A stretch of DNA of 64,000 nucleotides from Octopus vulgaris (GCA_951406725.2 OX597817.1:56978001-57042000); one strand, 5' to 3'; shown: positions 38,898 to 53,700, counted from the first letter of the stretch. Made by a program: numbers and translations. Notes: generated from the sequence alone by a model not told the origin.

Positions 38898-39591
38898 GCT
38901 TCTACGAAAAGTCCCGATCCTAACTGAAGCACAGTAGCAAACCGCCGCTGCTGTGGTACAGGCTGTAGTACTTCCAGTGGTGCTAGGCCTGCTGCTGCTG
39001 ATGGTGATGGTGGTGGTGGTGGTGGTAGTGGTAGTAATAATAGGTTTGACCACTCACCTCTCTCGCTACACTCTCGCCACAACAACAACATGCGTTTGAG
39101 CAAAGTGCTTCTCCACAAAACACTGAGAGAAGCAAGGCGAGATGGTAGTAGCAGTGGTAGTAGTGGCAGGCTCACCGCTGCTGCTGCTGCTTGTGGTAGT
39201 AGTAGTGATAGTACTACAATACAGGTAGTAGCAGACTAGATTTCTTTTACCACCACCACCACCACCCCTCTCTCTCTCTCTTTCTGTTACAGCTTCTTTC
39301 TCCCTTGTCTTTCTCTTTCTTTCTATAACTTTTTCGCTCTCGTTCGCGTCTCTCGCGTACACACACACGTTCTATTGAGAAACTGCATTCATTCATGAGG
39401 CGGAGGAAGGGTGCACACACGCATACGTGTGTGCTCGCGTGCGTGTGTGCGTGTATGTGCATGCACGTCTAGTCACATATGTGTGTGTAGATGCCTCTAT
39501 CAATCAATCAATCTACCTTAGTGCAGATAGATAGATAGATAGAGACAGACAGACACACACACACATACACACACAGAGACAGACAGACAGG

Positions 39592-39661
<70 letters not shown>

Positions 39662-39702
39662 CAGACACACACACACATACACACACACACAGACAGACAG
39701 AC

Positions 39703-39767
<65 letters not shown>

Positions 39768-40060
39768 TACAAACAGACACACACACAGACACACACACAG
39801 ACACAGACAGACAAACAACTAGACAGAGAGAAAGAGAGAGAGAGAGAGAGAAAGATGTATATTTTATTATCTTCGTGGAATTTGGTTCACTACTTTCACA
39901 TGTAGTACTCAATACATGGTACTAGTGTAGAGTAATAGGTTCTTGGTGTAACGACGGTCTGTATATGTGTATCTGTATGTGAGAAAGCGTGTGTTGGTGC
40001 GCGTGTCTATTTGTGTGTGAGTGAATGTGTGTGTGTTTGTTTGTGTGTGTGTGTGTGTGA

Positions 40061-40111
<51 letters not shown>

Positions 40112-40494
40112 AGCGTTTGAACGAATGAAAACAGAAAAGTGAACCCCGATACACGTTACAATGTTTATTTATTCGTTCGAAGCTTATAAAAATCACGCCC
40201 TGGCTCCGCACACACACACACAGACAAACAAACAAACACACACATACACACACACACAGTTTGTACACACCGCATGACAACCATACACACACATATCTCT
40301 GTACACGTCAAATACGTCAAATCAAAGGAAATCGATAGAATTTGTAGTTTGTCACAGGACAGAGGCAAAACGTTTGCCGAAGACTCGCTACCGTCTGCCT
40401 GCCTGCCTCTGTTTGTCTGGCTGGCTGACTGCAGGACCGTCACCGTTGTCTCTCTTATCCGTTATCACCCACCTCTCTATCTCTCTCCCTCTCC

Positions 40495-40944
40495 CTCTCA
40501 CTCTCACTGTCTTTCTGTTTCTCTCTTACCATCTATCTCTTTCGCTCCCTGTCTTTCTCTCTCTCTATCTCTTACTTTTTCTCTCTCCCTCTCTCTGTCT
40601 TTCTGTTTCACTGTCTTTCTTTCTCTCTCTTATTCTCTCTCTCTCTCTCTCGCCCTCTGTCTTTCTTTCTCATTGTCTTTCTGTTTCTCTCTTACTATCT
40701 CTCTCTTTCGCTCCCTGTCTTTCTCTCTCTCTCTCTTACTTTTTCTCTCTCCCTCTCTCTGTCTTTCTGTTTCACTGTCTTTCTATCTCTCTCTTATTCT
40801 CTCTCTCTCTCTCGCTCTCTGTCTTTCTCTCTCATTGTCTTTCTGTTTCTCTCTTACTTTCTCTCTCTCTCTCTCTCTCTCACTGTCTTTCTATCTATCT
40901 CTTATACTCTCTCTCTCTTGCTCTCTGTCTTTCTCTCTCTTTCA

Positions 40945-41000
<56 letters not shown>
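40495..41000. repeat. CT-rich minisatellite / (CT)n tract upstream of the minus-strand gene
   Basis: Recurrent CTGTCTTTCT motifs in a polypyrimidine tract. Confidence 0.85.
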
Positions 41001-41337
41001 CTCTTTTCTCTCTCACACTTTCTCCGCTCCATGCACGCATCACACAACGCAAGTCCACAACGTAACCAGCAAAAAATCACAGCTAAATCACCCGTCGGGC
41101 CACACCTTACTCTCTCCAAAAATTACGTTAACTGCTTTTATGGTCCCAAGACTCACAATCACAGAGATTAAGACTGATTCAAATGGATGGCCGAGGTGTG
41201 GGGGGAGGGAGGGAGGGAATTACCTTTGATCGTTGATCTGCTTCGCCGGAGATAATTTGGGGTTAAACAACAATTACAAGACAGCGAGCAACACACACGC
41301 ACGAAATTATGTATTTGTTAATGCTTTCATACACATC

Positions 41338-41420
<83 letters not shown>

Positions 41421-41439
41421 GTGCTCCTTTTCTCTCCTT

Positions 41440-41640
41440 TTTTTTCTCCCCTTCTTTCTGTTTTTCTTCTCTGTGTATCTTTCTGTTGAAGAGCGTAGGC
41501 TCGAAACGTTAAAGACTTGTTTTATTTATATTTCCTGAGCGCCATACTAATACAATTGTTTGTTTGTATTCCACCTGCCTTCGTCTTTTGTTTATTTCCG
41601 TAAACCTGCCTTCGTCTTTTGTCTATTTTCATAAAGCTTC
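41440..41640 (+). mobile_element. Penelope-like terminal repeat with hammerhead-like motif (41478-41515)
   Basis: TCTTT-CTGTTGA-A-GAGC(GTAG)GCTC-GAAA-CGTT-AAAGA; homologous inverted copy at 42862-43050 and a 3' piece at 8240-8300. Confidence 0.6.
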
Positions 41641-41752
41641 CCATGGGCTCTTAGGAGCCTCGTTCGATTTGTTTTGCTCCGCCTCTGTTCTGTTTTTGTT
41701 TTTTCCAACGGATTTCCTATTTCTTCCTGAAGAGAAAGACACAATATGGTCT

Positions 41753-41877
<125 letters not shown>

Positions 41878-41883
41878 TATATA

Positions 41884-42176
41884 GGCGTGAGAGTGGCTGT
41901 GTGGTAAGTAAGTGCTTGCTTACGAACCACATAGTTCCGGGTTCAGTCCCACTGCGTGGCACCTTGGGCAAGTGTCTTCTACAATAGCCTCGACCAAAGC
42001 CTTGTGAGTGGATTTGTATGTATGTATGTATGTATGTATGTATGTATGTATGTATGTATGTATGTTTGTTAGTGTATCATTCCCCCCAACAACGCTTGAC
42101 AACCGATGCTGGTGTGTTTATGTCCCCATAACTTAGCAGTTCGGCAACTAGAACGATAGATTAAGTATTAGGCTTC
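41884..42176 (+). mobile_element. SINE family A, internally deleted
   Basis: Head, (TATG)n and partial tail. Confidence 0.85.
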
Positions 42177-42861
42177 CAAGGTGTTCGGAAAAGCATCCGA
42201 CCGTAAAATCCCAGCCAAAACAGACACAATAGCCTAGGGTAGTTTTTGCTACCTGACCAGTTCCTTGTAAACCGTCCTACCCATGCATGCATGAAAGATG
42301 GAAGTTAAACGATGATGATGATGATGATGACGACTACACATGCCTACGTATACAGACAGGCGGACACGCATATAAACATATAGATACATGCATATGTGTG
42401 TATCTATGCATGAATGTCTGCATGCAACCTTGGATGTATGCATTTATGAAAAACATCGGAGAGATTTGTGAGGGTACTTATCCGTTTGCCATCGGTTTGC
42501 CATTGTTTTCTTTGAGTGTGAGATGTTGGTTCGATCCCAAAGAACGGCATTTTGAGTATTTATCATTCACTATGGCTTCGGGTTGGTCCATATCTTTTAA
42601 GCGAAACTGGGCAGGCGACCGACAGTTACTATACACAAGTCGGTCGGACGGATTCTGCGTGTAATTCAAAAGGTACCGGTTTCGTATGCTCAGTGCTGTC
42701 GCTGATTCTGACTAGATGTTACGTTTATGAGCACATGGTTTTTCTCAGGGATGGGCAATCACTTATACGCTGATTCAGGAGCAGATAACTTTGTGGTTCT
42801 AACACCTGAATCCCATCGTTAAACGACGGAGATCCACTACAATACACTTTATATATATATA

Positions 42862-43050
42862 TAGTTAAAATTTAATGAGAAACAAAAGACGGAGACAGGT
42901 GTATGAGCAACAAGCAAGTGTATTAGTTTGACGCTCGGGAAAATGAAAAAGTCTTTTACGTTTCGAGCCTATGCACTTCAACAGAAAGGAATAAGAGAAA
43001 ATAAACAGAAAGAGAATGAAAAAAACTTGTCGATTTCAGCGGTCCAGCAT
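42862..43050 (-). mobile_element. Penelope-like terminal repeat with hammerhead-like motif (42953-42988)
   Basis: CTTT-CTGTTGA-A-GTGC(ATAG)GCTC-GAAA-CGTA-AAAG. Confidence 0.6.
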
Positions 43051-43051
43051 G

Positions 43052-43112
<61 letters not shown>

Positions 43113-43492
43113 GTCATTTTTGTATCCGGTTTGTAAGATTCTTTATGTGAATTCGTGTCTTGAAACAAATTTTGTTGTGTCTGGGGAGAATCATACTGTC
43201 TTAATGCCTTCATATCTAACATACTCACCGGTTCAATCTCCACTCATTTATTATTTACATATAAACATGTTTCCCAAAATCTTCGTTACTTATGCAACCT
43301 TGTCAATAGATATTGACTCTGTCCGTTAGCTGAGCTGCGTTCCTTTTGCCCGTGTGTGCGCATGCGCGCGCGCCAGCGTGTATACGTGCCTGTGTATACA
43401 CATATTTATATATGCATGTATATATGTAAGCATGTATATATGCATGTACGTATGCATACATGTGTGTATGCATGTATGTATGTGTGTGTGTG

Positions 43493-43523
<31 letters not shown>

Positions 43524-43802
43524 GCGTGTTTGTGTTTACATGTACGTATGCATACATGTATGTATGTATGTATGAATGTATGCATGTATGTATGTATGTA
43601 TGCATGTATATGTATATGTATATACGCATTTTTGTGAATTGTAAATTATTACTCATTTCTAAAACGTACTCAATACTACTACTTAGAGTGGAAAAGATAT
43701 TATTTATTGAAAGAGTCTTTGAATAAATGATGCCTTATATAATATCCAATGACAAGTCTTAGGATATGATCAATATATATAGATCGACATATACATATAT
43801 AT

Positions 43803-43873
<71 letters not shown>

Positions 43874-43876
43874 TAT

Positions 43877-43952
<76 letters not shown>

Positions 43953-43993
43953 ATATAGATATAGATACATACATACATACATACATACATACA

Positions 43994-44025
<32 letters not shown>

Positions 44026-44289
44026 CCTCTACACCTTTGTTTCTTGTGCATAAATAAAGTACGAGTCGTGTACTCGCGCCGATTCTGCTCTTCCCTTCAC
44101 TTAGAAGACATCAACTGTTGGTGGTCAGACACGGAGAGCGAGAACATGTCTCAACTTGCTCCAGACATGACTTGTGTTATGACAGCGTCCCTGCAACTCC
44201 ATCAAGGAGCTGAGTGCCAATCACACACACACACACACACGCGCGCGCGCGTGCTTATTTGTAAATACTTATTTCATCGGCCCCAGTGC

Positions 44290-44433
44290 CCGACTGGTAC
44301 TTTATCGCCCCGGCTCCGAAAGAGAGAAAAGGCAAAGTCGACCTCGGCGGTATTTGAACTCAGAATGTAAAGACAGACGAAATGCGGCTAAGCGTCCTGC
44401 CCGGCGTGATAACGTTTCTGCCAGCTCGTCACC
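44290..44433 (-). mobile_element. SINE family B fragment
   Basis: CTGGTACTT..AAAGGCAAAGTCGACCTCGGCGG..TTTCTGCCAGCTCG. Confidence 0.75.
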
Positions 44434-44510
<77 letters not shown>

Positions 44511-44563
44511 TTCTCTCTCTCTCTCTCCCGTTCTCTTTCTCTCTCTTCTTCTCCATTTCTCTT

Positions 44564-44618
<55 letters not shown>

Positions 44619-44827
44619 TTCTCTCTCTCACTATATGTGTGTGTGTGTTTATCCTCAAACAAGAATACTGTTGACAGCGACTTCGAAGTATCTTTCTCAT
44701 TCTCTCTCTCTCTCTCTCTCACTATACATATGTACACACACATTCACACATACATTCATTTATACACACACACACGCACACACATACACACACATGCATA
44801 CATTCATACATACATACATACATTTAT

Positions 44828-44858
<31 letters not shown>

Positions 44859-45434
44859 TACATTCATACATACATACATTTATACACACATACGCGCACA
44901 CATACATACATACATACATACATATACATGCACACACACATACATATGAGACGACCTGACCGACAGGCAGCCGAGGAGGATGTTGTGATGTTCATTACGG
45001 ATATCCTAATCCACCTCTGCTAATCGCTGATATATTTCCTTAGTGAGATTAAGCATTACACTGCGATAAACAAAGCGTCCTGTGCGAGTCTGGCGGGGAA
45101 AAGTAAATAATCTGAGAAACAAGGGAGATAACTCTAATATGAAACTAAACATCGATTAAAGAAAGCAATGGATATAGTTTGTTTTTTTTCTGCTCATCTA
45201 TTTCTTACTCTAATTCGATAAAAGCTTCATCCGAAATGTCATCAACTTCTTTGCCTTCTGTTTTCTTACCATTCTTTGTGTCCAACATTTCGCTTATATT
45301 TTCTTCTCTACCTTCTACCTTCTCCGAATTTATATGTCTGCCCATTATAAGCTCTCACGCTGTCCACTGACCGTCTGCTATTCTTTTTGTTCCATTTGAA
45401 CTATTTAACGTATAGACAGACAGACGGAGAGAGC

Positions 45435-45523
<89 letters not shown>

Positions 45524-45538
45524 TGAAAGAGAGAGAGA

Positions 45539-45578
<40 letters not shown>

Positions 45579-45903
45579 GAGAGAGAGAGAGATGTTTCTT
45601 TATTGGCCACACAGGGCTGAACGCAGAGGGGACAAAATACAAAGTAGAGCTTTTCTTTTTGGGAAGAAGAGAAAAAAAAATGGGTCGAATTTCCATCAAA
45701 AGGGATCGTGGAAGAAAAAAAGGCGATCAATAGGGATCATGTATCACAGAAATGTCAATGTAAAAAGAGAAAACAGATTAGGGTTCTCCGTGGAAAGAAA
45801 ACCCTACGGAAAAGACCATGGTAACCTTGGGCAATAATGTCATGCAAAAAAACACATTACAGTAAGTGACTCTCATTTTGCCTTTGGTGGGGGGTCATAG
45901 GAT

Positions 45904-45960
<57 letters not shown>

Positions 45961-46175
45961 CAGACAGACATGCCAGAATTCCCTCTAATCGAAAGGCAAG
46001 TCCGTCGCAGGCTTATCCATTTACAACTGAATAGACTGAAATGAAGTCTTTTGCTCAAGAAAGCAAAGCACCGCTGAAAATCGAACCTACGGACTAGCGA
46101 TCGTGAGTGCAAAGACCTAACCACTGGGCCACTCGCCTTATTATTATTATTGTTGTTGTTGTTGTTGTTGCTACT

Positions 46176-46238
<63 letters not shown>

Positions 46239-46316
46239 AAGAAGAAGAAGAAGAAGAAGAAGAAGAAGAAGAAGAAGAAGAAGAAGAAGAAGAAGAAGAA
46301 GAAGAAGAAGAATGCA

Positions 46317-46527
46317 GGCTGGCAGACTTGTTAGCACGTCGGACGAAATGTTTAGCTGGTATTTCGTCTGCCGCTACGTTCTGAGTTCAAATTCCGCCGA
46401 GGTCGACTTTGCCTTTCATCCTTTCGGAGTCGATAAACTAAGTACCAGTTGAATACTGGGGTCGATGTAATCGACTTAACCCCCTCGCCCCAAATTTCAG
46501 CTCTTGTGCCTATAGTAGAAAAGATTA
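46317..46527 (+). mobile_element. SINE family B (alternative tail)
   Basis: Meta-like domain followed by CAAATTTC..CTTGTGCCTATAGTAGAAAAGATT. Confidence 0.85.
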
Positions 46528-46563
46528 TTATTATTATTATTGTGTGTGTGTGTCTGTGTGTGT

Positions 46564-46659
<96 letters not shown>

Positions 46660-47035
46660 CAAAGAACTTGCCAAACTCGTCGTTAAAAAAATCACGAGAG
46701 CTGCTTGCGTCGAGGGTGAAATGGAATATTCTGAAATATTTCCCAAAATACCTTTAATATAGAACCGAACATAATTGTATGTACAGACACACATTTATAC
46801 ATATATACATTCACACACACACGCACACGCACATGCACACATATATAAATAGAGAGCGAGAACACAAACGCATTCACGCACACATAGCCACACAAACACA
46901 CACACACAAATGCCATCTTATTTAAGAGACCATATGTTATCTTGATTGCATTGAAGCCGAACGGGACCCAACTGGATCAAAGCCGCCAACCCGAATATCA
47001 AGGAAGCGGGGGGGGGGGGCGATTTTATTCCAAAG

Positions 47036-47067
<32 letters not shown>

Positions 47068-47068
<1 letters not shown>

Positions 47069-47218
47069 GAGTTCAAATTCTGCCGAGGTCGACTTTGCCT
47101 TTCATCCTTTCGGAGTCGATTAAATAAGTGCCAGTTATACACTGGGGTCGATGTAATCGACTTAATCCCTTTGTCCTTGTTTGTCCCTTCTATTTTTAGC
47201 CCCTTGTGGGCAATAAAG

Positions 47219-47222
<4 letters not shown>
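47068..47222 (+). mobile_element. SINE family B, 5'-truncated
   Basis: GAGTTCAAATTCTGCCGAGGTCGAC..GGGCAATAAAGAAAT. Confidence 0.85.
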
Positions 47223-47249
<27 letters not shown>

Positions 47250-47269
47250 AATCATCATCATCATCATCA

Positions 47270-47308
<39 letters not shown>

Positions 47309-47337
47309 GTAGTAGTAGTAGTATTATTATTATTATT

Positions 47338-48238
47338 GGACACTGCGATAGGTGGAACGTCCACTTCAGCTTTTTATAGCAAATTAGTGGAGGAAAAGTG
47401 CGATGACGTTCTTGCAGAGACCTTAGGTGTCGAAGAAGATCAGCCAGCTGCCCTTTTTGCGGAGAACTTTCGGAACTGATGGATAATTTCCAAAAATTTC
47501 TGGGCTAGCAGTGCTACCGGGAAGCTTTGCCTGTTCGAGATAAACTTTACAGGCACGGAGGTGCCGTCAGCCGAGCACGTCCAAGATACCCGCAGGACGA
47601 CGAGATGGTCCTGCATGCACTCGTCCAGCATTGCTGACCTATGGGTTTATGTCGAACACCTGCTGCCGCATGTGGGACAGATCCGGCTGTCAACTGAATC
47701 CATCGGGAAGATCGTCCCGCCACCCTTCTTTAACCCGGAAGGAAAGGCTGTTTTTATATGCCTGGTGGCCATGGCGAGAGGGATTGTATGGTGGACGAGA
47801 TTGAAGGGGTTGAAGACAAACACTTTTCTCTTTGGCCAATCCCTGAAGAACTTCTTCGAGTTTCACGTGAAAAGGAAGATAAGGGTCGAGAGGGAAGTGT
47901 TGTCTTCTGGCCAGTTTGCTGAAAGGTGGATGAAAGTGGCGAGAATGGTGCGACTGAACGGGCCTGGCCTGAGAATACGCCTGTAATTGGAAAAGGCGAA
48001 AGAAGAAAAAGGCACCAGCCCCAAAAGTCAGGGTACCCATGGATTTTTATGGGGTGTTTCCATGAGCAGCTCTCAGATGTCTCCTCCCTATTGAGAATCA
48101 CACATTGTTGACTTCTAAAAAATTTTGTTAGTCTTGATTACACACAAAACCCTCACAACACACACTCTCTCTCACATTCTTTGTTTTATCCTGAACTGTC
48201 CATAATGTTTTTCTTAATGTAAAAACCTTGTGATGGTT
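47338..48238 (+). mobile_element. 3' fragment of a Tx1/L1-like LINE (ORF2 C-terminal zf-RVT region plus 3' UTR), degraded
   Basis: YREALPVRDKLYRHG..DEMVLHALVQ..LWVYVEHLL..ARGIVWWTRLKG..KRKIRVEREVLSSGQFAERW; stop at 47984-47986. Confidence 0.85.
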
Positions 48239-48744
48239 TTAGGAGGGCGGACGTGTTCAAATATAGCTACATGGAGACAAAGTTTCTATGCAAGGAGACA
48301 AAAACATCCTCCTTTTAACCCAGGGGCAGAACAGAAAACTTAGATTCGTTGTTTGTATTTGTTAGTATCTGAAGAGCGGATGAGATTAGAAGGAGACTCG
48401 TTGGCTGCTATTTCTAACGAGTCGAGTCGAGTTTCACCGCGTAGAAAGTTTTTCATTGGTTCGTTTATTTGTGGTGTAGTGCACTGTCATGTGCTTAATG
48501 ATGCAGCATGATGCAATGTGATGCATGTAAAGTGCGGAGCTGTGTGATGTGATATAACCTGGCAAAGTGCATAGCAATACAGTACGGTGCGATGAGGTGC
48601 ACTGTGGCACAGTGCGGCACAGTATGATATAATACGATGCTGGTGCCGTGTGAAATTGAGTAATGTGGTACTGCTTGGTATAGGGGTTCAGTGTAGAGTG
48701 GTGTAGAATACGATGTGGTTTTGTGGTCAATAAATTCAGGTAAG

Positions 48745-49020
48745 GACGTGAGTTCAATTCCCAGTGCCGCGTTGTATCCTTGATCGAGTCTCTTTATTTC
48801 ATGTTGCTACAGTCCACTCAGCTGGCAAAAATGGGTTGTACCTGTAATTCAAAGGGACCAGCCTTGTTACATTCAGTGTCACACTGAATCTCCCCGAGAT
48901 CTACATTAAGGTTACGCGTGTCTGTGGAGTACCCAACCACTTGCACGTTAATTTCACGAGCGCGCTGTTTTGTTGATCGGATCAACTGAAACAGTCCCCG
49001 TCGCAACCGACGGAGTGCCA
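48745..49020 (+). mobile_element. SINE family C variant
   Basis: GAGTTCAATTCCC..CAGTCCACTCAGCTGGCAAAAATG..CCGACGGAGTGCCA. Confidence 0.8.
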
Positions 49021-49217
49021 ATTTATAATATAGTGTGGTCTACTGTTGAGCCGTGCAGATTTGGTATGGTACATTGTAGTGTGGTGTTGTGAATGACATA
49101 GCATGGTATGCAGTGTGGTTGTCTTGGTTCGCTCAAACTGACAAAACTAGGTTATCTCCGACCTTTTCACCTGTGAAACAATTTAATCATTGATAACAAT
49201 ATGGGGAGGAGAAAAAG

Positions 49218-49422
49218 ACGGTGGGGAGTTGGCAGACTCGTTAGCACGCCGGACGAAATGCCTTGCGGTGTTTCGTCTGTCTTTACAAATTCCGCCCAGA
49301 TCGACTTTGCCTTTCAGCCTTTCGAGGTCGACAAATTAAGTACCAGTTGCGTACTGGGGTCGATCTAATCGACTGACCTCCTCCCCAAATATTTCGGGTC
49401 TTGTGCCTAGAGTAGAAAAGAA
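49218..49422 (+). mobile_element. SINE family B (alternative tail)
   Basis: Similar to 46317-46527. Confidence 0.8.
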
Positions 49423-49441
49423 TATATATATATATATATAT

Positions 49442-49485
<44 letters not shown>

Positions 49486-49864
49486 ATGTATGTAAGTAAA
49501 ACTTTGATAAACTTTGATAGGTTTCGGCTAGTATAGGCCCAGGCCATGTTTAACTTAATAGTATCACCTGGTGATGTGTTTATGTATGCGTGTATGTATG
49601 TATGTATGTATGTGTGTATGTATGTATGTATGTATGTATGTATGTATGTATGTATGTATGTATGTACGTACGTACGTACGTACGTATGTATGTATGTATG
49701 TATGTATGTATGTATGTATGTATGTATGCATGCATGTATGTATGTATGTATGTATGTATGTATGTATGTATGTATGTAGGTGTGTCTTTACAACCTGGCG
49801 GGGTGTCTAATGTCATGCACACTCGTGTACACATATATACTTATACATAAACACGGATTAACAG

Positions 49865-49895
<31 letters not shown>

Positions 49896-51297
49896 GTATG
49901 ATGTATATGTGTGTGAATGCATGTATGTATGTAGGTGTGTATGTATGTATGTACGTATGTGTGTGCATGTATGTGTGTGTGTGTATGAATATATTAATGT
50001 TTGTCTTCATGTTCGGTTACAATAAAAAGAATTTTATGTTAATCTTAGGATTTATTATTCTTTAACAAGAATATTACTGACAGTGATTTCGAAGTATTTG
50101 GCCAACCAAGCCACCATCGTACTCTGTGTGAGTGAGTGTGTGTGTGCGTGTGTGTGTGTGTGTAAGTATATATGTGTACACGCGTGTGCCTGACATTAGA
50201 CACTCCGCCAGGTTGAAAAGACACTCTCCCACCCACCCTCACACCCACACACACACACCACCACCACCCTCCACCACCCCATCCCAGCCAATGTCCGCCC
50301 TTCCTCCCCTCCCCCCACACACACCTTTTTCCATATTGTTATCTCAGTCATTGATTAAATTATTCAGCAGGTCAAAGGTGAGAGAAAGTTCACCGTAGAC
50401 AGTTTGGTTTCGTTTTAGATCAAAAACGACGCTACATCAACAACATCGCATCATACAATACCACCCCTGACTAGTCTCTACACTACAGCACCCCCACCAC
50501 CGCACCAGGTCACGCCTCACTACACACCACACAGCATGAAGGCCTCCACACTACATTGCATCACACCGCAATGCACCACACAAAACGAATCTTGTTAAAT
50601 TTCTTCTTCAATTTCTTTAAATTTCCTCCAGGTAATTTCGAAAAAATGCATTTATTTTATTCTTTTATACTTTTGTGCGTTTCAGCTCAAAGGTTGAGAC
50701 CATGCTGGGGCACCTCTAGTGCCATCGCCTTTCCAACGGCCATTCTTATGTGATTGGCTTTTGGTGAAGGAGGGAGTTCGATATTGTTGCCCTCTTTCGA
50801 TTGTATAGCCGTTACGAAATAAATTTTCAAGCTAATCACGAAAATCCTATTTCTAGAAATTAATAACAAAAAAGAATGCTAGAAACATTTTAAGTTATGG
50901 AATTGTAACCAATCGGCAGCCTCCTTCACTGCCAAATATACCGGACGTCGTGACTGTCTTCCATGGGAACAGCAAAGACGAAACCTTTACATGGACTCTC
51001 CACCTACTAAGACAGCATAATGTCTTAAAAACGAAAAGGAATGAAGCATTGCGCCACAGCACCGTTTCTTTCTTCGCTTGAGGCACGCCCAAGTGGCTTC
51101 CACTTGTTGACTATAATTTAATAGCATTTAAATTAAGTCAATCTCCACAAATGTAACCTTTTATCGAACTCAAGATCTGGGCCCCACAGATCGATATTAA
51201 ATCTATGTTCTGATTTCCCCTTTCTTCTATAACGCTTTATAGAACATATAAAGCTAAAGTAATTGGTGTCTAATTCGGCGGATTAATTTATCATCGG

Positions 51298-51367
51298 GCA
51301 GTTTAGCTTAATGGTAAAACATTCACCGGGAGCCTTTGCGGGATATGGGTTCGAGTCTCATGGATGC
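51298..51367 (+). pseudogene. tRNA-like sequence (tRNA pseudogene or repeat head)
   Basis: A-box TAGCTTAATGG; T-arm ATGGG-TTCGAGT-CTCAT; irregular anticodon arm. Confidence 0.45.
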
Positions 51368-51490
51368 TGGTTGATAAGTTTTTCCGCTTTGTAAGGGGTA
51401 ATCTGCTGTCCTAACGGCAATTCTGCGTACTCATATCGTACAATCTATATATGTGTATAAATATATATACACGTATGTATATATACTAAC

Positions 51491-51690
51491 CATTTACTCG
51501 TTTCAGCCATTTTACCACGGCCAAGCTGGAGCACCGCTTTTAGTCGAACAAATCACCCCCAGGACTTACTGGTAAACCTAGTACTTATTCTGTCGGTCGC
51601 TCTTGCAGGTCCGCTAAGTTACCGGGACGTAAACACACCAACATCGGTAGTCAAGCGATGCTGGGTGGGGAGAAAAACACAGACACACAA

Positions 51691-51722
<32 letters not shown>

Positions 51723-51886
51723 TTATACGACAGGCTTCTTTCAGTTTCCGTATACCAAATCCATTCGCAAGGCTTTGGTCAGCCCAAGGCTATAGTAGAA
51801 GACACTTCCTGAGGGTGTCACGCAGTGGGACTGAACTCAGAACCATGTGGTTGGGAAGCAAGTTTCTTACCACACAGCCACACCTA
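51491..51886 (-). mobile_element. SINE family A, full length
   Basis: Reverse complement of family A. Confidence 0.85.
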
Positions 51887-52040
51887 TATCGTATATCGTT
51901 TGTAGAAAACATAAATCCGAAATAAGATGTAGAGCAGTATATATTAAAAATGGGGAAGGCCGGTTTATGGACGGGAAACCTAAGGTAATCTCATAAACCG
52001 GCCTTCCTCACTTTTAAAATATATATATATATATATATAT

Positions 52041-52069
<29 letters not shown>

Positions 52070-52071
<2 letters not shown>

Positions 52072-52300
52072 ACCAAGTGGTTAGAGCAGCGGACTTGCGG
52101 TCGATGGATCATGGGTTCGAATCTAAGACCGGGCGATGTGTGTATTTATGAGCGAAACACCTAAGCTCCACACGGCTCCGGCAGAAGGTAATGGCGAACT
52201 TCTTCTGACACAACTTTCTCTCACTCTTTCCTCCTGCATCTTGCAGCTCACCTGCGACGGACCGGCATCCCGTCCAGGTGGGGAACCTATACGTCAAGGA
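52070..52300 (+). mobile_element. SINE family C head with short-tail variant
   Basis: AGTGGTTAGAGCAGCGGACTTGCGGTC..GGTTCGAATC..CCTGCGACGGACCGGCATCCCGTCCAGG. Confidence 0.8.
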
Positions 52301-52785
52301 AACAACGAGAATGTCATGGTTTTCTGGCTAAATCCACGAAGACCTACAAGGCTACAATTGGACTTGGGGAGAATAGGAGAAGACTGCTGAGGGTAAAAGT
52401 AGAGAATGCTTCATCTTGCATAGCGCTGAGGTACCTAAGGGGAAAAAACCAATGCTGAGAGCGAAAAATGATGTCCTTTTTTCCAAAAAAATGTCTCAAA
52501 TAAATCACCTCGAGTTCTATATGCGAAGTTGAACCAGTATTTCATGCTTTAAAGTACTGAATTTTTTTTCCTCTCTTGAATATGCACTGCTGAAATTGGG
52601 TGCGTCTTATACGCCGGCGTGTCTTTTCTGCCTTCAAATATAAAATATCTTCTACAAGCATTTAAGCAAAATAATCGCTGTGTGTTTGTCTCGATCCTTG
52701 GTTTGGTGAGGCGACCGAACGGAAGGCAGAGCGGGGTAAAAAAAAAAGCAAAAAAAGCATGCTATGGATTGAATATAAAGCTACA

Positions 52786-53016
52786 CCTATTTCTTTACTA
52801 CCCACAAGGGGCTAAACACAGAGAGGACAAACAAGGACAGACATAGGTATTAAGTCGATTACATCGACCCCAGTGCGCAACTGGTACTTATTTAATCGAC
52901 CCCGAAAGGATGAAAGGCAAAGTCGACCTCGGCGGAATTTGAACTCACAACGTAACGCAGACGAAATACCGCTAAGCATTTCGCCCGGCGTGCTAACGTT
53001 TCTGCCAGCTCACCGT
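52786..53016 (-). mobile_element. SINE family B, full length
   Basis: Nearly identical to the first unit of 15638-16036. Confidence 0.9.
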
Positions 53017-53394
53017 TGGGGTAGGGGTCTTTGCTGACGGAAGGTACCTAAACGGTCGTGAGTTCCAGTGGACGAGTAATCGAAAAATAAGTCCCGCTGG
53101 GCAAAGTGAATGCAAAATATTTATGAATCTAAAAATATCGACTCTCCTCGTCACATTCCACCTTCCCCAACACACACGTACGCACGCACACACGGAGTAC
53201 GTATAGGCACATACCTACACACGCACATACATAGCACATTCGTACACACACACACATGCACGTGTTCCATTTCGTAACCAGTGATAAGATAATGAAAATA
53301 AATGTTGAAGCCACACCTTGCTGACTTTATACATTTGTCGCCGCTTTTGCTGATAGGATGCACATTGACTAAGACTAACGTCTGTGTGTGTGTG

Positions 53395-53700
53395 TGTGTG
53401 TGAGAGTGTGTGTGTGTGTGTAAGGGGGTATAGTATGTGCTGCGGGTGGCATGTGTGTGTATGTGTGTGTGCAAGGGGGTGTAGTCTGTGTTGCGGGTGG
53501 TGTGTGTTTGTGTGTGTGTGTAATTGTGTGTGCGTTGTGTAAGGGAGGAGTGTAGTCTATGTTGCGTGTGGTATGTGTATGTGTGTGTAAGGGGTGTAGT
53601 ATGTGTTGCATGGTGTGTGTGTATGTGTAAGGGGGTGTAGTCTGTGTTGCGGGTGGCGTGCGTGTGTGTGTGAAGGGGTGTTGTCTGTGCTGCATGTGGT
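53395..53700. repeat. GT-rich minisatellite (~45-55 bp unit)
   Basis: TAAGGGGGTGTAGTCTGTGTTGCGGGTGG recurs about six times. Confidence 0.85.

Noticed and set aside
38199-38927. 242-aa plus-strand ORF
   Set aside because: Antisense shadow of the repeat-rich minus-strand exon.
39330-40450. Promoter/TSS of the minus-strand gene
   Set aside because: Inr-like GCAGT motifs next to the GA tract are suggestive but too common to call without CAGE or RNA data.
42478-42669. Minus-strand ORF between the inverted Penelope-like termini
   Set aside because: Short, no recognised domain, no canonical donor.
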